A stretch of 63,452 nt of DNA, filler included, from Stramenopiles sp. TOSAG23-2 (GCA_900128395.1; 14 parts of 14 records of this genome joined end to end with filler, not necessarily neighbours in it); one strand, 5' to 3'. Positions 45,512 to 58,167 are shown, counted from the first letter of the whole stretch. Translations and numbers: made by a program. Notes: generated by a model not told the origin, from the sequence alone.

Positions 45512-47206
45512 TTATATCTTCGCCGATTCTTTTTCTAGTAGACGTTTTGCAATATTGTCCCATAAAAATTTTTCGGTCGCAATGTTGCGCAACTTTTTAC
45601 CAATTTCAAAACGTCTGTCGTGTTTACCAAATTCACAGTTTTCGCCGTATAGATACTTCAATGCATCAAAAATTTTTGGTATCAAACATTCCATAAAAAC
45701 TTTTCCATCTGCATACTTAAAAAATCCACCTTGCTTTGTTTCAATGATCATCATTTCACTGATACTTTCGTCCATACTTTTTACTTCATTTACAACATCA
45801 ATAATACCACTATGGTAATTAACAAGTGGTAATACACCACAACACATTGCTTCAGCTGCAACCATCCCAAACGCCTCCGCAGCTTTAGATCCAACAATAA
45901 CCAAAGATGCCAGAGGCAAAAGTAACGATAATTGCGAGTGATTCAATATACCTGTAATTGTGACCCGAGATGCATCCTCACTTGTTATTTTGCGAAAGTA
46001 TGATTCCAAATCAACAGTTGTATCAATAAAGTTATCAGCTTTACCACTAGCAATAAAACGTTTTTTGTCACCTTTCAACATTGAATCTAACAATGATTCT
46101 AAATGTTCCCGAAAACCACCAAAGCCGATACAAATTAATCTTGCATTGGGTATTTGTTGTAAAATTCCATTTTTTCCTAGAAAACTTACTAGAATTTCAC
46201 CAACACCTTTTGTGTTTAGAAATTTACCAAAATACATAATTATCGGCTCATTTTGTTTCATATCCCATGGAAATCGTGATATTAAATCACAATCGGTTGT
46301 GCGTTGATCATATTTGTTGCCACGATCTGTTAGTTTATCATGATAGTTTTCAGACAAAGCTGGAAATGTTCCAATAGTGCATGAATTTCTTCCGTTTGGA
46401 TTTGATTTTAAATACTCCTCAATTTTGCTATGAAATTCTTTTATATTTGCTTCAAATGATGAATCATACAACGGTTTAAATATATTTGCATCCATACCAG
46501 GTGGTACAATCGTCATTTTTTTTTTTAAATTTAGTAAGATAGCGTTTTCTTCACCAAAAACTTCATTCATGCGATCCACAATATGTAATGTGCCAGCAAT
46601 AATTTGAGAACAATTTTTCAATCCTTCTATGCTGTATGATAAAAAGCGTGGATATGGTTGCAATACGAACGTCAAACCCGAACCGTGTATTTTGCAAGAA
46701 TAAGGGATATTTAAATTTTTTAATGCACGCGACGCTATAACAGGACTAAAAAGGGCATGGTTAGTCAGCACGAAGCATGCTGGAGGTCTACTTAACGTTC
46801 CACATGCGACAGCTTTTAAACCAGCAGCAGTTTTATTGACGTGATTTTCACATTCCTCTGGAGTGCAGTCTGGAATAGTTTTAACATTATAACCCTCGTA
46901 GACGTCATATACGTACACAGGCAATAAAAAATCAATGTCAGGAACAAAAACTCTGCAAACACCAGGATTTGGGATATTTAATTGTTTGATATGGTCTAGT
47001 GAAGTTTCTGGTCCATAGTATTCATCTACAAAATCATAACTTGCAGCATTCAAGTCTTGGCATACAATAGTTACACCGTATCCTTGTTTTAACCAAGCTT
47101 TGGCCACATTCAATGTGTATATATTAGAGCCTGTCCCTGCCAAAATATAGCCGTGGATGATAATAATATGCTTATGGGATGCCATGGGCATCGTTTGTTC
47201 CGCCAT
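45512..47206 (-). CDS. Glycosyltransferase family 4 (GT-B fold)
   Basis: HGYILAGTGSNIY, KIHGS, YFGKFLNTKGV and EAFGMVAAEAMCCG (EX7E) motifs. Confidence 0.9.
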   Translation of the reverse strand: MAEQTMPMASHKHIIIIHGYILAGTGSNIYTLNVAKAWLKQGYGVTIVCQDLNAASYDFVDEYYGPETSLDHIKQLNIPNPGVCRVFVPDIDFLLPVYVYDVYEGYNVKTIPDCTPEECENHVNKTAAGLKAVACGTLSRPPACFVLTNHALFSPVIASRALKNLNIPYSCKIHGSGLTFVLQPYPRFLSYSIEGLKNCSQIIAGTLHIVDRMNEVFGEENAILLNLKKKMTIVPPGMDANIFKPLYDSSFEANIKEFHSKIEEYLKSNPNGRNSCTIGTFPALSENYHDKLTDRGNKYDQRTTDCDLISRFPWDMKQNEPIIMYFGKFLNTKGVGEILVSFLGKNGILQQIPNARLICIGFGGFREHLESLLDSMLKGDKKRFIASGKADNFIDTTVDLESYFRKITSEDASRVTITGILNHSQLSLLLPLASLVIVGSKAAEAFGMVAAEAMCCGVLPLVNYHSGIIDVVNEVKSMDESISEMMIIETKQGGFFKYADGKVFMECLIPKIFDALKYLYGENCEFGKHDRRFEIGKKLRNIATEKFLWDNIAKRLLEKESAKI

Positions 47207-47695
47207 CGCAATAAAAAAGCTCTGTGATTATTTTTGTTATTACTTATAAAAATTATTATAAATATGTTAAATTATATAGTTTATTAAATTATTTGTATTT
47301 AATTATGTTCAAAGAAAAATGAAATATATAAAACGAATAATGTTATTAATACAGTTATAATACGGTATGGTATGTATATTGATGAAAAATTAATTATTAT
47401 TAAATATTATATCAATAGAATATTACCGAATTGAATGAATAATATAATATTTTTATAATAGACCTTGAAAAAAAAAATAATAATACACTAAAATAATTAT
47501 TATAAAAAATGATCTACAAAATCTATATAATACTTTATTTTATATTACTTCGTATATTAATATGCTAGAATACGAACGTACGAATTACACTTAAATATAT
47601 ACTATATATATAGGTACACTCTTCTCGCGCAGCAGTAAGGCACGTATGGAAAATATCTTTTACGACGTACTACATTTTCGTTTGTTTCCCCCTTT

Positions 47696-49885
47696 TTAAG
47701 TTCTATTAAACAACGGTGTCATTCGAAACAATTCTTTAAACTTTTCCAATCTTTTTTTCTTACTTTCGCGACATTCATCACTAAATAAAAAATCATATTT
47801 CGTGGTTTGTGATAATTGTATACCAAATATATCAGAAGCTATTAAAAACCAATTTAATGGAAAAGTAGGATTTACTTCAACTGATGGTATTACACCTAAT
47901 TGCATGTATATATGGCGACCATGACCAGATTGTTGAACAATTGCTTTTACTTGATTTGCTATACTTGATATTTCTGCTATTTCATCGGTTGATAATTCAA
48001 TCTTATCTTCAATATATTCTACTTTACCGGTTGCATATCCATCTTTTTCACCATATTGAAGAACTTTAAAACGGCGAGTTCCAATTGTATCTACACGTGA
48101 TCTACCATCACTTAATTGTTGAAAATCCTCTATTCTCACCAAGGTCCCAAATTCAGATCCAGAACCATTTCCCGTATGCATGACCATACCAAATACACGA
48201 GAACCATCTTCAATACATCTTCGCATCATTAATCTATATCTTGGTTCAAATACATGTAAGGGAAAGGATATACCGGGATATGCTAAACCACAAATAAATA
48301 TTGGTATTTCCCCAAATTTATGATCCTTGTCATCATTTGATGTATCATTATTATCATCTACATCTGCATTGTTATCATTTGTGGTTGTCGGTGTTTTCAT
48401 GGTTGCACGATCAGTAACAGGTGAAGATGGCGCTTCTTCCTTTTTCGCCAATAATTCCCTTGCTTTATATTCTTCTGGAAAATTATTCAACAATAACGAA
48501 TGCAATGTTTTATCAACAGGTATCATTGCACTACCATGTATCAATTTCTTTTCTTCATTGTCATTATTTGTCGATCTCAGCTGTCTCGTGTGAAATTGCG
48601 CCTGGCTATTTAAAAAACGTAGATATTCATTTAAACTACTTCTGCATAGTGGACAATTCACAGGTTTTTGAAAAGCATGGTCTAATGTACGTGCTAAGCA
48701 TGGATGGCAAAGCACATGGCCACATGGCAACGTTGTGGGTCTGTAAAAGATATTCATACACAACGGACATTCAAGATCTTCTTTTATGTTTTCAAGTTCA
48801 CTTTTACTTATTTTATGTTTCATGTCAATATTTTTAGCACGATTCATTTCATAACCTTCTTTTTCCAAATTTTTTAGAAATTCAACTTTATTTAAAGAAA
48901 TAAATAATGCTGAAAACATGTTTAATGTTTTATCCTTTCCACATTTCTTTATTGCATATGATATTGTTTTCTTGAATAGAGCCGTACCTTTTTTTACATA
49001 TCGTTGTGCTAAAGGATTTTCCATCCAATTTGGATTATTTTGTGGAGTTTCACAGCTTCCTAACATTCCATTTCCAATAATGTATGCTTGTAACAATAAT
49101 ATTTCAATTTCAAATCGTTTGATCTCCATTGATAAATTCAACTTATTGGTTTTTTCTTCTTTTTTTTTTTTGTTATTATTATTAATTATATTGCGTACTT
49201 TTTTTTCTAATACTGATATAAGTCGATTGAAAATTTTTCTATACATTGGATATGCAAATCCTATATGTTGAGCTTTTAGAAGGTATATAGCAGAATGCAA
49301 ATCGTTTGTTGCTTCTACTTCAATTAAATCTTTTGCTATATATGCAGCAGCACGATTACTATATAATACTATGTCTTCTGGACAATCCTCAAGAGCCTCC
49401 GTGTACAAATCAATTGCTTCTTGATATTTTTTTTCTCTGAAACAGTTATTTCCTTTTGCACGTTTTTCTGCAGCAAGATGTGATTTTTGCATGCATTTTT
49501 TTGATATAGAGGATAATGTCACATTGATGTTTTTACCAAAATTCAATACATCAAAAGCAGTTGCGAATGCATTTTTACTATCTACTAACCCATTATACTT
49601 TTCAACACATGCAAGACAAACTGTCATGCCTGTGCCTAGGGTAGTTGGTTTGTTCAAATGAGCTAAGCAATACCAACATCTTAAATCTGGGATATTCATA
49701 TTATTTATTTGTTCAGCATTTTCAATACTATGTAGATTTGTTCCGAACTTTCTTTTATGCCCAGGTATTTCTTCTTTGAAATGGTGCCTAACACCGATTC
49801 TAGAAGCTGTTACATAATTAAGATAAAACCTCTGCATATCGTCGTTTAGATTCTTTTTTATATTTTCATGCCCAGGATTAGTACT
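47696..49885 (-). CDS. LON peptidase N-terminal domain and RING finger protein (LONRF-like), 5'-truncated
   Basis: Degenerate RING, TPR (KGNNCFREKKYQEAI...YSNRAAAY), RING (CPLC...CGH..C..C...CPLC) and LON_N (PLHVFEPRYRLMMRRC). Confidence 0.9.
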   Translation of the reverse strand, partial: STNPGHENIKKNLNDDMQRFYLNYVTASRIGVRHHFKEEIPGHKRKFGTNLHSIENAEQINNMNIPDLRCWYCLAHLNKPTTLGTGMTVCLACVEKYNGLVDSKNAFATAFDVLNFGKNINVTLSSISKKCMQKSHLAAEKRAKGNNCFREKKYQEAIDLYTEALEDCPEDIVLYSNRAAAYIAKDLIEVEATNDLHSAIYLLKAQHIGFAYPMYRKIFNRLISVLEKKVRNIINNNNKKKKEEKTNKLNLSMEIKRFEIEILLLQAYIIGNGMLGSCETPQNNPNWMENPLAQRYVKKGTALFKKTISYAIKKCGKDKTLNMFSALFISLNKVEFLKNLEKEGYEMNRAKNIDMKHKISKSELENIKEDLECPLCMNIFYRPTTLPCGHVLCHPCLARTLDHAFQKPVNCPLCRSSLNEYLRFLNSQAQFHTRQLRSTNNDNEEKKLIHGSAMIPVDKTLHSLLLNNFPEEYKARELLAKKEEAPSSPVTDRATMKTPTTTNDNNADVDDNNDTSNDDKDHKFGEIPIFICGLAYPGISFPLHVFEPRYRLMMRRCIEDGSRVFGMVMHTGNGSGSEFGTLVRIEDFQQLSDGRSRVDTIGTRRFKVLQYGEKDGYATGKVEYIEDKIELSTDEIAEISSIANQVKAIVQQSGHGRHIYMQLGVIPSVEVNPTFPLNWFLIASDIFGIQLSQTTKYDFLFSDECRESKKKRLEKFKELFRMTPLFNRT

Positions 49886-49987
49886 GNNNNNNNNNNNNNN
49901 NNNNNNNNNNNNNNNNNNNNNNNNNNNNNNTTAATTAATTAANNNNNNNNNNNNNNNNNNNNNNNNNNNNNNNNNNNNNNNNNNNNA

Positions 49988-50151
49988 AGTTGATTGAGTT
50001 CTTATTAACTAATATGTCTCTTACTAGCATTAATAAGAAGACCAGGTCCAGGGGATGGACTCCCCTGGACGTGGCATATAAAGATAATTATAGTCCAATT
50101 CAACAAAAGATCATTGATCTTATACGTTCAAAAGGTGGAAAACGTGGTTAA
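49988..50151 (+). CDS. Ankyrin-repeat protein, C-terminal fragment
   Basis: VIEFLLTNMSLTSINKK...WTPLDVAYKDNYSPIQQKIIDLIRSKGGKRG*, similar to the C-terminus of 16206-18130. Confidence 0.7.
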
Positions 50152-50505
50152 AGAGTGAATTATAAAAAAATATAAAAAATATAAAATAAAAATGCAAAAA
50201 CTATAATTACAAATAATACGTATTGAAGTAATTAAATTTACACCCCGGAAAAGTATTCTTCTTTTCGTATGCACCGAATTCATTTTTCAGTTTGTTGCTT
50301 TTGTAAATTAATTAAATAAACTTTATTCAAAACATTATTTGGTTTTAGTTTTATTGGAAGATTTGAATTGACTCTGCCAGTCACAAAAAAAAATTACAAG
50401 AAGTTCTCACACATACATACATTGCACCTCCACGTTTGAAAAGCAATCACATTATTGTTCATATCTACAACGCATTGAGTAATACAACAACTAAATAATA
50501 ACAAC

Positions 50506-51888
50506 ATGAATACCAACAACAACAACAACATGCAAAATCAGAAGAATAAATTAAATAATAATAACATTCCAACCAATATTATTATCATTGGTGGTGGCAT
50601 TGTTGGTTGTTCCACTGCATATTATCTAACAAAATTATACAACAATCAAGTCAATGTAACGTTGATTGAAAAATATAAAATTGCTGGATGTGCATCTGGT
50701 AAAGCTGGTGGATTTTTAGCTGGTAATTGGGGTGATGATGAAACAAATCAATTGCATCAAAAAGGGTTTCAATTACATGAACAAATAGCAAAAGAATTAA
50801 AGTTAAAGTCATATCGTAAAATTCAAACATTATCCTATGCATATAATAATAACAAAAAACGAAAAAAGAAACAAAATATCATAGATAAGAATAACACAAT
50901 ACGCCCATCTTGGATGCAAAATGAAGTGGCGGATGTATCAATGATGGATACAGATACAGCACAAGTGACACCATATGAATTAACAACAAATTTAATGAAT
51001 CATGCAATTCAAAATGGTGCAAAATTAATTATTGGTAATGTTATCGGTATTGAAAATGATGAAGAAGAAAATAATAATAATAGTAGTAGTCCTCCTGCTA
51101 ATGATAATCAAGAAGAAGCAATCGGCAATGAAGAACTATTCAACGTATCACATGTTATCTTAGAAGAAAACAATAGAAAATTAAAATGTGATAAAGTGAT
51201 AATTACATTAGGACCATGGAGTGTATTAGCAGAAGATTGGTTTAATGACTATTCTTCGTTAAAAGTACCAATGGAAGGTATTAGAAGCAGTTCAATCGTT
51301 ATATACAATCATCAAGAAGAAGAAGACAATGTTGCATCCAACGAGGAACAACAACCATATGCAATCTTTTGTAATGAAGATGAACGTACCAATACACATT
51401 TAGAAATATATCCACGTCCTGATCATAGTATCTATATGTGTGGTTTAGGTGGTAGTGAACATTGTAATAAAAAACGTATTATAGAATTAATCCCTGAATC
51501 AGTTAAACCAGATGAAACAAGAATATGTGCTGCATTGAAATGTTTTCATAATATGTCTGGTAGAAATATTCAAGATGATGAAGTGTCCAAGAACAAGATT
51601 GAAACAAATTGTTGTATGCGTCCATGTCCACAAGATGGTAAACCAATGATGGGTATGATACCAAATTATAACAATGCATATATATGTTGTGGACATAATT
51701 GCTGGGGGATTTTATGGGGACCAATCTCTGGTTTATCCATGTCGGAATTGATGATGAATGGTAAATCAAGCAGTATTAATTTAAATGCATTTACACCAAA
51801 ACGATTTGTTAAGAGGAGGAAGAGAAAGGGGAAAGGACAACAACGTGGAAGGCATCAAGTAGATATACCAAAAGGTGAACAGTGGTGA
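50506..51888 (+). CDS. FAD-dependent oxidoreductase, DAO family (TDA3-like)
   Basis: IIGGGIVG, ASGKAGGFLA, TAQVTP, EIYPRPD, CMRP and GHNCWGILWGP motifs. Confidence 0.9.
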   Translation: MNTNNNNNMQNQKNKLNNNNIPTNIIIIGGGIVGCSTAYYLTKLYNNQVNVTLIEKYKIAGCASGKAGGFLAGNWGDDETNQLHQKGFQLHEQIAKELKLKSYRKIQTLSYAYNNNKKRKKKQNIIDKNNTIRPSWMQNEVADVSMMDTDTAQVTPYELTTNLMNHAIQNGAKLIIGNVIGIENDEEENNNNSSSPPANDNQEEAIGNEELFNVSHVILEENNRKLKCDKVIITLGPWSVLAEDWFNDYSSLKVPMEGIRSSSIVIYNHQEEEDNVASNEEQQPYAIFCNEDERTNTHLEIYPRPDHSIYMCGLGGSEHCNKKRIIELIPESVKPDETRICAALKCFHNMSGRNIQDDEVSKNKIETNCCMRPCPQDGKPMMGMIPNYNNAYICCGHNCWGILWGPISGLSMSELMMNGKSSSINLNAFTPKRFVKRRKRKGKGQQRGRHQVDIPKGEQW

Positions 51889-52097
51889 GAGTAAAGAGGT
51901 GAGGAGAAATGTATTTTGTATCTTATTTTGTTTCGACATTTTATAATTTACAATTTACTTTGTTTGTTTTCCTTTTCCATCATGAATTCTTTATGTTTTG
52001 GATGAAATAAATCTTCCTCCTGTAAAATGTATAAAATGAATGTGTGTGAACGTGTGTGTGTTAGAAAAGTTTCTATCGCCTGCAAGAGAACATATAT

Positions 52098-52770
52098 CTA
52101 CATAAATATACTTACCGGGAATGGCTTACGATCTAATAAATCCAATTGATAATACGTTTCATTATATTGTCCATTTTCTTTACTACATGTAATTTCTAAT
52201 TGAAAACCATTTGGATCATCAAAATAACAAGAATAACAAATTTCATGATCAACTGGACGTGATATTTTCGTACCAGTATTTTTAATCTGTTCACGCAATG
52301 CTTTGAATTGTTCCATCGAATCACACTTAAATGCAAAATGATGTTGTTCACCTGGACCATTACGTTGACCATGATTTGGATGATCTTCACTATATTCCAC
52401 AAAGGAAATTTCTGCACCATTACCAATTTCTAAGAAGCAATCTGTTGTATATATGAAAATGTTAGTTAATTTTAATATTTATTATAAATATTTAATATCT
52501 ATAATAGATATACATACGTTTTGCACCAGATATACCATGCATAGGAAAGATACTACGTAATTTAAACCCCATTGCTTGTTCATAAAATTGTACAGTTTCT
52601 TTCATATCTTTACAAACCAATGCAACATGATGTAAACCAGATGTCATGACTTTTCCACGTTCATGTTGTTTTGCATTATTCATAGGTGTTGGACTTGGAT
52701 CATTATGTAGACCATCAATTGCATTAATATTTTGATCACGTTTCCATAAATATGTTTTTTCGTCTGACAT
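52098..52770 (-). CDS. Glyoxalase/VOC family protein, two exons (intron 52442-52517)
   Basis: GTATGT donor, ACTAAC branch point, CAG acceptor. Splicing joins GLHHVALVC...GAK|HCFLEIGNG...HHFAF...YFDDPNGFQLEI in frame. Confidence 0.88.
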
Positions 52771-53222
52771 TGTGTATTGTTATCGTTTTTATTGATAATA
52801 TATAAATGAGTGTGTTGGTATGTGTCTATGTTTACTATATATTTTATTTTCTTCTTTGTTTTTTTATGGAAGTCCTTGTCTATATTCAATTATTAATAAT
52901 AAGTGTGAAAGAGGGTAAAAATGATGGTATAAATGGTAAGTAAAAAATGTAAATAAAACAACTTATATTACACACACTCATACCGGTGTGTTAAACAAAA
53001 TGGAAACAACTCCAATGGTTCTTCGCCTTCCTTTTCTAAAGTATCATACAGTGATTTCAAACTCTTGCACTTATCATCTCTCTCTTGATTCTTTTCTATA
53101 TGTTTCAATCACTCTCTAATATATATACATTTCACCTATGCAACTACCTTTCTATACCAAAATAGGTTCAATTTTTTATAAGTCGTCTGAAAAAAAAATA
53201 ATTAATACGAATTACCTTCATT

Positions 53223-54410
53223 TCAAATGATGTTTATCTCATCAGTGATTGGTGTACCAGGTGTACCGGCATATACATTTTCTTCAAAACCACATTCATT
53301 CTCTGCTATATAAAAATAACCACCAATACCACCCCATTGCCTACCCCAACTATTTGCAACGATCCAATAATTTATTGTTGTATTTTGATTGATACCATTA
53401 TTACCATCAATCTCGTTATCCATTATTATCTCTTTCTTTGTTGAATCTACAACATCTATCATCGATGATGATCTATTAACAACAGTTGTAACATTGTATC
53501 CAACAATTTTTACTGCGTGTAAACCTAACAGTCGACCACTTTCATGTTTATATATACCAGAATGGTAATGCATAAAATCTTCATATACATAAAATGTTGC
53601 TTGTACTGGTCCATTTTTTATTAATTCTTGTTTAATTGCATTTGCACCACCATATATTTTCATATATTTTTTCACTTTATATTTTGTATTTGATAATGGT
53701 GGTGAGCATGAATTAGGTGGACAAAGTAATGACCGTGTTAAATTATATGGCATACATGTATTGGTTACAACACCTTTCGTTTGTATATATTTCCATGCTA
53801 ATGATGGATATCCACCAGCACATCCACGACAACATTTTGTTAGAAATTTACATAATTTATCACATGCTATTAAATCCAATGCACTNNNNNNNNNNNNNNN
53901 NNNNNNNNNNNNNNNNNNNNNNNNNNNNNNNNNNNNNNNNNNNNNNNNNNNNNNNNNNNNNNNNNNNNNNNNNNNNNNNNNNNNNNNNNNNNNNNNNNNN
54001 NGCACTAAATTGTATACGTTTTGTTGAAGATGGTAGAGGAGAAGGAGTATTATTTGGACTCTTCTTCATCCTCGTGGTGACTTGTTGATTTTTTTGTTTC
54101 ATCAACTTCTTTAATTTCTCTTGTGTTAAACAATAACGATCTGAAAAAACTTCGACTGCAGATACAGCCCAACATGATCCACATTTTCCTTGATTTTCTA
54201 TAATATTACCAACACAGGTTGAATGTCTCCAATCGTATGCGGTTTGATTTGGTGGTGGTATTGTAGTTGTTGTTGCATGAGATTTTTTATTATCTAATGT
54301 ACCTAAAACACCAAGATATGATTTTTGTATTTCATTTTTTGTTAATTTCATTATTGGTACAAATTTCTTCTTCAATCTCATCTTCACGTTTTCCACCTTT
54401 TGAACATATA
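53223..54410 (-). CDS. Cathepsin B-like cysteine protease (papain family C1A), with an internal N gap
   Basis: NQGKCGSCWAVSAVEVFSDRYC, GCAGGYP, HAVKIVGY and YWIVANSWG motifs. Confidence 0.92.
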
Positions 54411-54510
54411 NNNNNNNNNNNNNNNNNNNNNNNNNNNNNNNNNNNNNNNNNNNNTTAATTAATTAANNNNNNNNNNNNNNNNNNNNNNNNNNNNNNNNNN
54501 NNNNNNNNNN

Positions 54511-56075
54511 AATAAATTAAAACGTGTAATATCATCCATTCCCCTGGACAATGTTTGTTTCTCAAACATTGCATTGTATTCAAATGTCACATCCATACTA
54601 GATGGCGGCGTGGTTAATATACCCCATGTTCTTAATAATTCTGGCCGATGTGGTACGCTACTCCACCATTTATTAAACATATCTATATCGGTAACGACAT
54701 CTCGCAAATGGCCATATTCCTCTAACCGCTCGTAATGCCATGGTAATTCTTCTACGCGTCTAATGCTTACCTCTTTACCTTTAAAAAAATGAGATAAAAT
54801 ATGATGATTCTCCCGCCTGTTTTCATCGTTACAAATATATTGTTGCCAAACAACACGACGTACCGTTTCATTTTCCATATGTATAATATTTTGGACTTCA
54901 ACTACCATGCAAATATCTTTCAAGATTACATGTATTGCTTTTTTATGCTCGACACCTATGTTGTATCCAGGAATTGACATGATACAATCAAACAATTCCT
55001 CTTCGCTCAATCCTTTGTGTGAAACGTATAATAATGATAATATACGCGGTAATAAACCCTTATCACTTCCATCTAAATTCATTTCAACATCTTTTTCACA
55101 TAATTCTAATACTATAAATAATAATTCATCAACACTTTGTACTTCTTTTACATTTTCTAATAATTGCGATACCACTAAATCTGGTATGCATGCTAGCCCA
55201 GCTAATGTTCGCATTGAATTTAACAATATTCTTAAATATAACGGGTGTGAACTGCCTTTGTTTTCCATTACAGTACGTATTTGATCTTGTGTCAAATGAA
55301 ATGTATTGACATGGTACCTTGCATATGTACCTAAAATTGATTGCCTTGATTTTAATGGCATTTCTTGTAACTCTATTTTAGGACATCCACGTCTTGCTAA
55401 TTCTATATAAGAGCTCGTTTCTTTTTGAACCCAATTATTTAACACTTGTGAGCTGACTTCTAAATGTGGCATTTCAAACTTAGTTAAGGAACATATAACA
55501 CGAACATTCTCAGGCAAATCCCGCGGCAGCCATAACATAGGATCTGCTTCTTGTCCATTTTCCATTTTTAATTTTGATAAGCCATCGATAACAATTATAA
55601 TAACACCACGTGACTTACGGTTTGCTGCGTCTAAAAATCGTGGTAAATCCCAACGGCGTTGATTAGCAGTCTTTCGCAGTGTCATATCGCGCAAATGAAA
55701 ATGCGTCTTCAGTTCATACTCCAACGAGCCTAACATATCAGATAGTTTTTCATCCTGGGAACTATTTACAAAGTGGGTGAATAAAAATGAACCGCTACCT
55801 TGAGCTAACTTAATGGATAGCTGACGCTGCAATACCCAATAATGCAATAAAGCTGATTTGCCAAAGCCTGGTTTCGATAAAACTTTCAAGATATGCGATG
55901 CTAATGGACGTATTTTTGCTGCTTGCAAGTCGCAAAAATGATCCAGCTCATGTATGTGCGAGTTGTTTGGCATGTATGGAAAATCATCAGCACGTTTTAT
56001 ATTTAACGATGTTTTATATCGTTCCATTTTGGCTTCATATAATACTTTTGCTTCATGGTCTTCCTCTGCATACAT
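54511..56075 (-). CDS. NACHT/P-loop NTPase (NPHP3/TEP1/TTC41-like), 3'-truncated
   Basis: Walker A PGFGKS, Walker B IIVIDGL, plus WLP, HPLYL, GLSEEEL and RRVEELPWH motifs. Confidence 0.8.
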
Positions 56076-56820
56076 GGTTATATATACTGTACTATATAGA
56101 CAATCTATTTTATTGATTTTTATTTTACAAGTGTGTGTGTGTGTGTGTGTGTGTATTTAAAGAAAAAGACACTTATATGATGTCGCAACACGAAGATATT
56201 ACAAATATGATAGATGGGTTTGGTCTTGTATCTGTTATAAGTGTGTTATGATGAATTGTTTTTTATATAATATATTTGATGGTGTTCCATGTTCCTCCAT
56301 AACGGTATGTTTTCTCTTCTTCTTCTTATAGTTGGTTTTTTTAATAATAATAGGTCTTCTTGCCATTTTTTCCATTTTTTTTGATAGGCAAAGTCTAGTT
56401 TTTTTCCTAGTAGAGTATACCATTTTTGTACTTGAGACCACAACCAAATAAAGTAGCTGTTATATTTTTTTTTACTTATATACATCACACATAATACCAT
56501 CAGCATACATCAAATTATTATATATACATTTATATACATTTAGCTATTTATGATAAGTTGTTTCAAAGTTAAACAAGAACAACTTTTGTACAATTAACAA
56601 CTCTTAAAGACGAGTTACTATCACTTTTGACAATTTAGTAAAGCGTTTTCATATCCTTGTATTTTTCCATTTGTCTAATTTACTAAATAAATATATATTT
56701 TATATTATATATACATCTGTATAATAAGACATTGCTTTTTAGATTATATAGTTTATATGTAAAAAACTTGTATATATCTATGCACATATTATCACATAAG
56801 TTTCTGTTTTTTTTGATACC

Positions 56821-58167
56821 ATGCCATCATTAAATGATCGTTTAATCTCCTCTGTAAGACGAGGTGATATAAAAGATACAGAATTATTGATTAATTATGG
56901 TGCAAATGTGCGTTGTCGTGATAAAACACCGGAAGAATTGCCTGTTATACATAATGCAGTACGATATAACCATCCTGAATGTTTACGTTTATTATTAATG
57001 GCAGGTGCAAAACATAATGTACGAGTCTCAAAATTAAATTCGACACCGTTATTGTTGGCATGTGAAATTGGACATTTAAAATGTGTTCATGTGTTACTAA
57101 GTGCCGGTGCTGATCCAAATGCTATTGATGAAATGAAATGTACACCATTATTATATGCATGTGAGAAAGGTTATGTTGATATTATCTATTTATTATTGAA
57201 ACATGGTGCAGATACTTCTAGACGTGATCGAAATGGTTGGACACCATTATTATTATCTTGTCGTTTAGGTTTACCCGATGTGGTTGAATTGTTATTAAAA
57301 TATGGTGCTGCTAATACGGAAGTAACGGATGAAAGAGGTCGCACACCATTAATGTTATGTTGTTTGAATGAAGATGCAGAAGGATGGGGTCATGGACAAT
57401 GTGTATATTATTTAATTAATTATGGTGCAAATGTAAAACGTAGAGATCGAAAAGGATATACCGTATTACATTATGCATTGGAAAATGGTTGCCCAGCAGC
57501 TACAGAACATATATGTATTGTAAGAGACCAATTTAAAAAAGGAAAAAGTTCAATAGATCAAACTACTGGTAAAGATATTACAAAAAATAAAGTAAACAAC
57601 AACAAGAAAAACGTAATAATAGATTTAGATTTTGTAAATAAAGTTGAACCAGAAAATGGAAATTCTGCTTTACATTTAGGTTGTATTAATGGACGTTCAC
57701 GTTCACATGCATTTGCATTACGTACTTTATTATCAATTGGTGCAAATTTCAAAGCTAAAAATAAAGATGGAAGAACACCATTGCAATTAGCAAAAGAGCA
57801 TGGATGGTCGGCAATTGTAAGGCAATTATTAATTAAATCCCAAGAAGAAGATATTAATTTTGATTCAAAATATAATGAAGATGACGAGGATGATAAAATG
57901 AAAAAAAAAAAGAAAAACGAGGAAAAAAAACATCATCGTAGTGAAACGATGATCAATCATTTCATCTTTCAAAGGTATAATGGTCGAATCGATACAGGTG
58001 TTGAAGGTTTATGCAATGCATATGACCATGCATTGAATGAAGTGGAACGATTGAAAATTCAAGTTAAAAATGCACATTTAGAAACATTAGATGGGTTAAC
58101 ACAATGGGAATTAGAACGACAAGAAATGGTAAAGAAGTTGTTAAATTTAAGCATAAGTAGTGAGTGA
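56821..58167 (+). CDS. Ankyrin repeat protein
   Basis: About 9 TPL-type ankyrin repeats and a coiled-coil tail. Confidence 0.92.
   Translation: MPSLNDRLISSVRRGDIKDTELLINYGANVRCRDKTPEELPVIHNAVRYNHPECLRLLLMAGAKHNVRVSKLNSTPLLLACEIGHLKCVHVLLSAGADPNAIDEMKCTPLLYACEKGYVDIIYLLLKHGADTSRRDRNGWTPLLLSCRLGLPDVVELLLKYGAANTEVTDERGRTPLMLCCLNEDAEGWGHGQCVYYLINYGANVKRRDRKGYTVLHYALENGCPAATEHICIVRDQFKKGKSSIDQTTGKDITKNKVNNNKKNVIIDLDFVNKVEPENGNSALHLGCINGRSRSHAFALRTLLSIGANFKAKNKDGRTPLQLAKEHGWSAIVRQLLIKSQEEDINFDSKYNEDDEDDKMKKKKKNEEKKHHRSETMINHFIFQRYNGRIDTGVEGLCNAYDHALNEVERLKIQVKNAHLETLDGLTQWELERQEMVKKLLNLSISSE

Noticed and set aside
53886-54001. Apparent frameshift or split of the cathepsin gene
   Set aside because: Caused by an estimated-length N gap with GCACT repeated on both sides.
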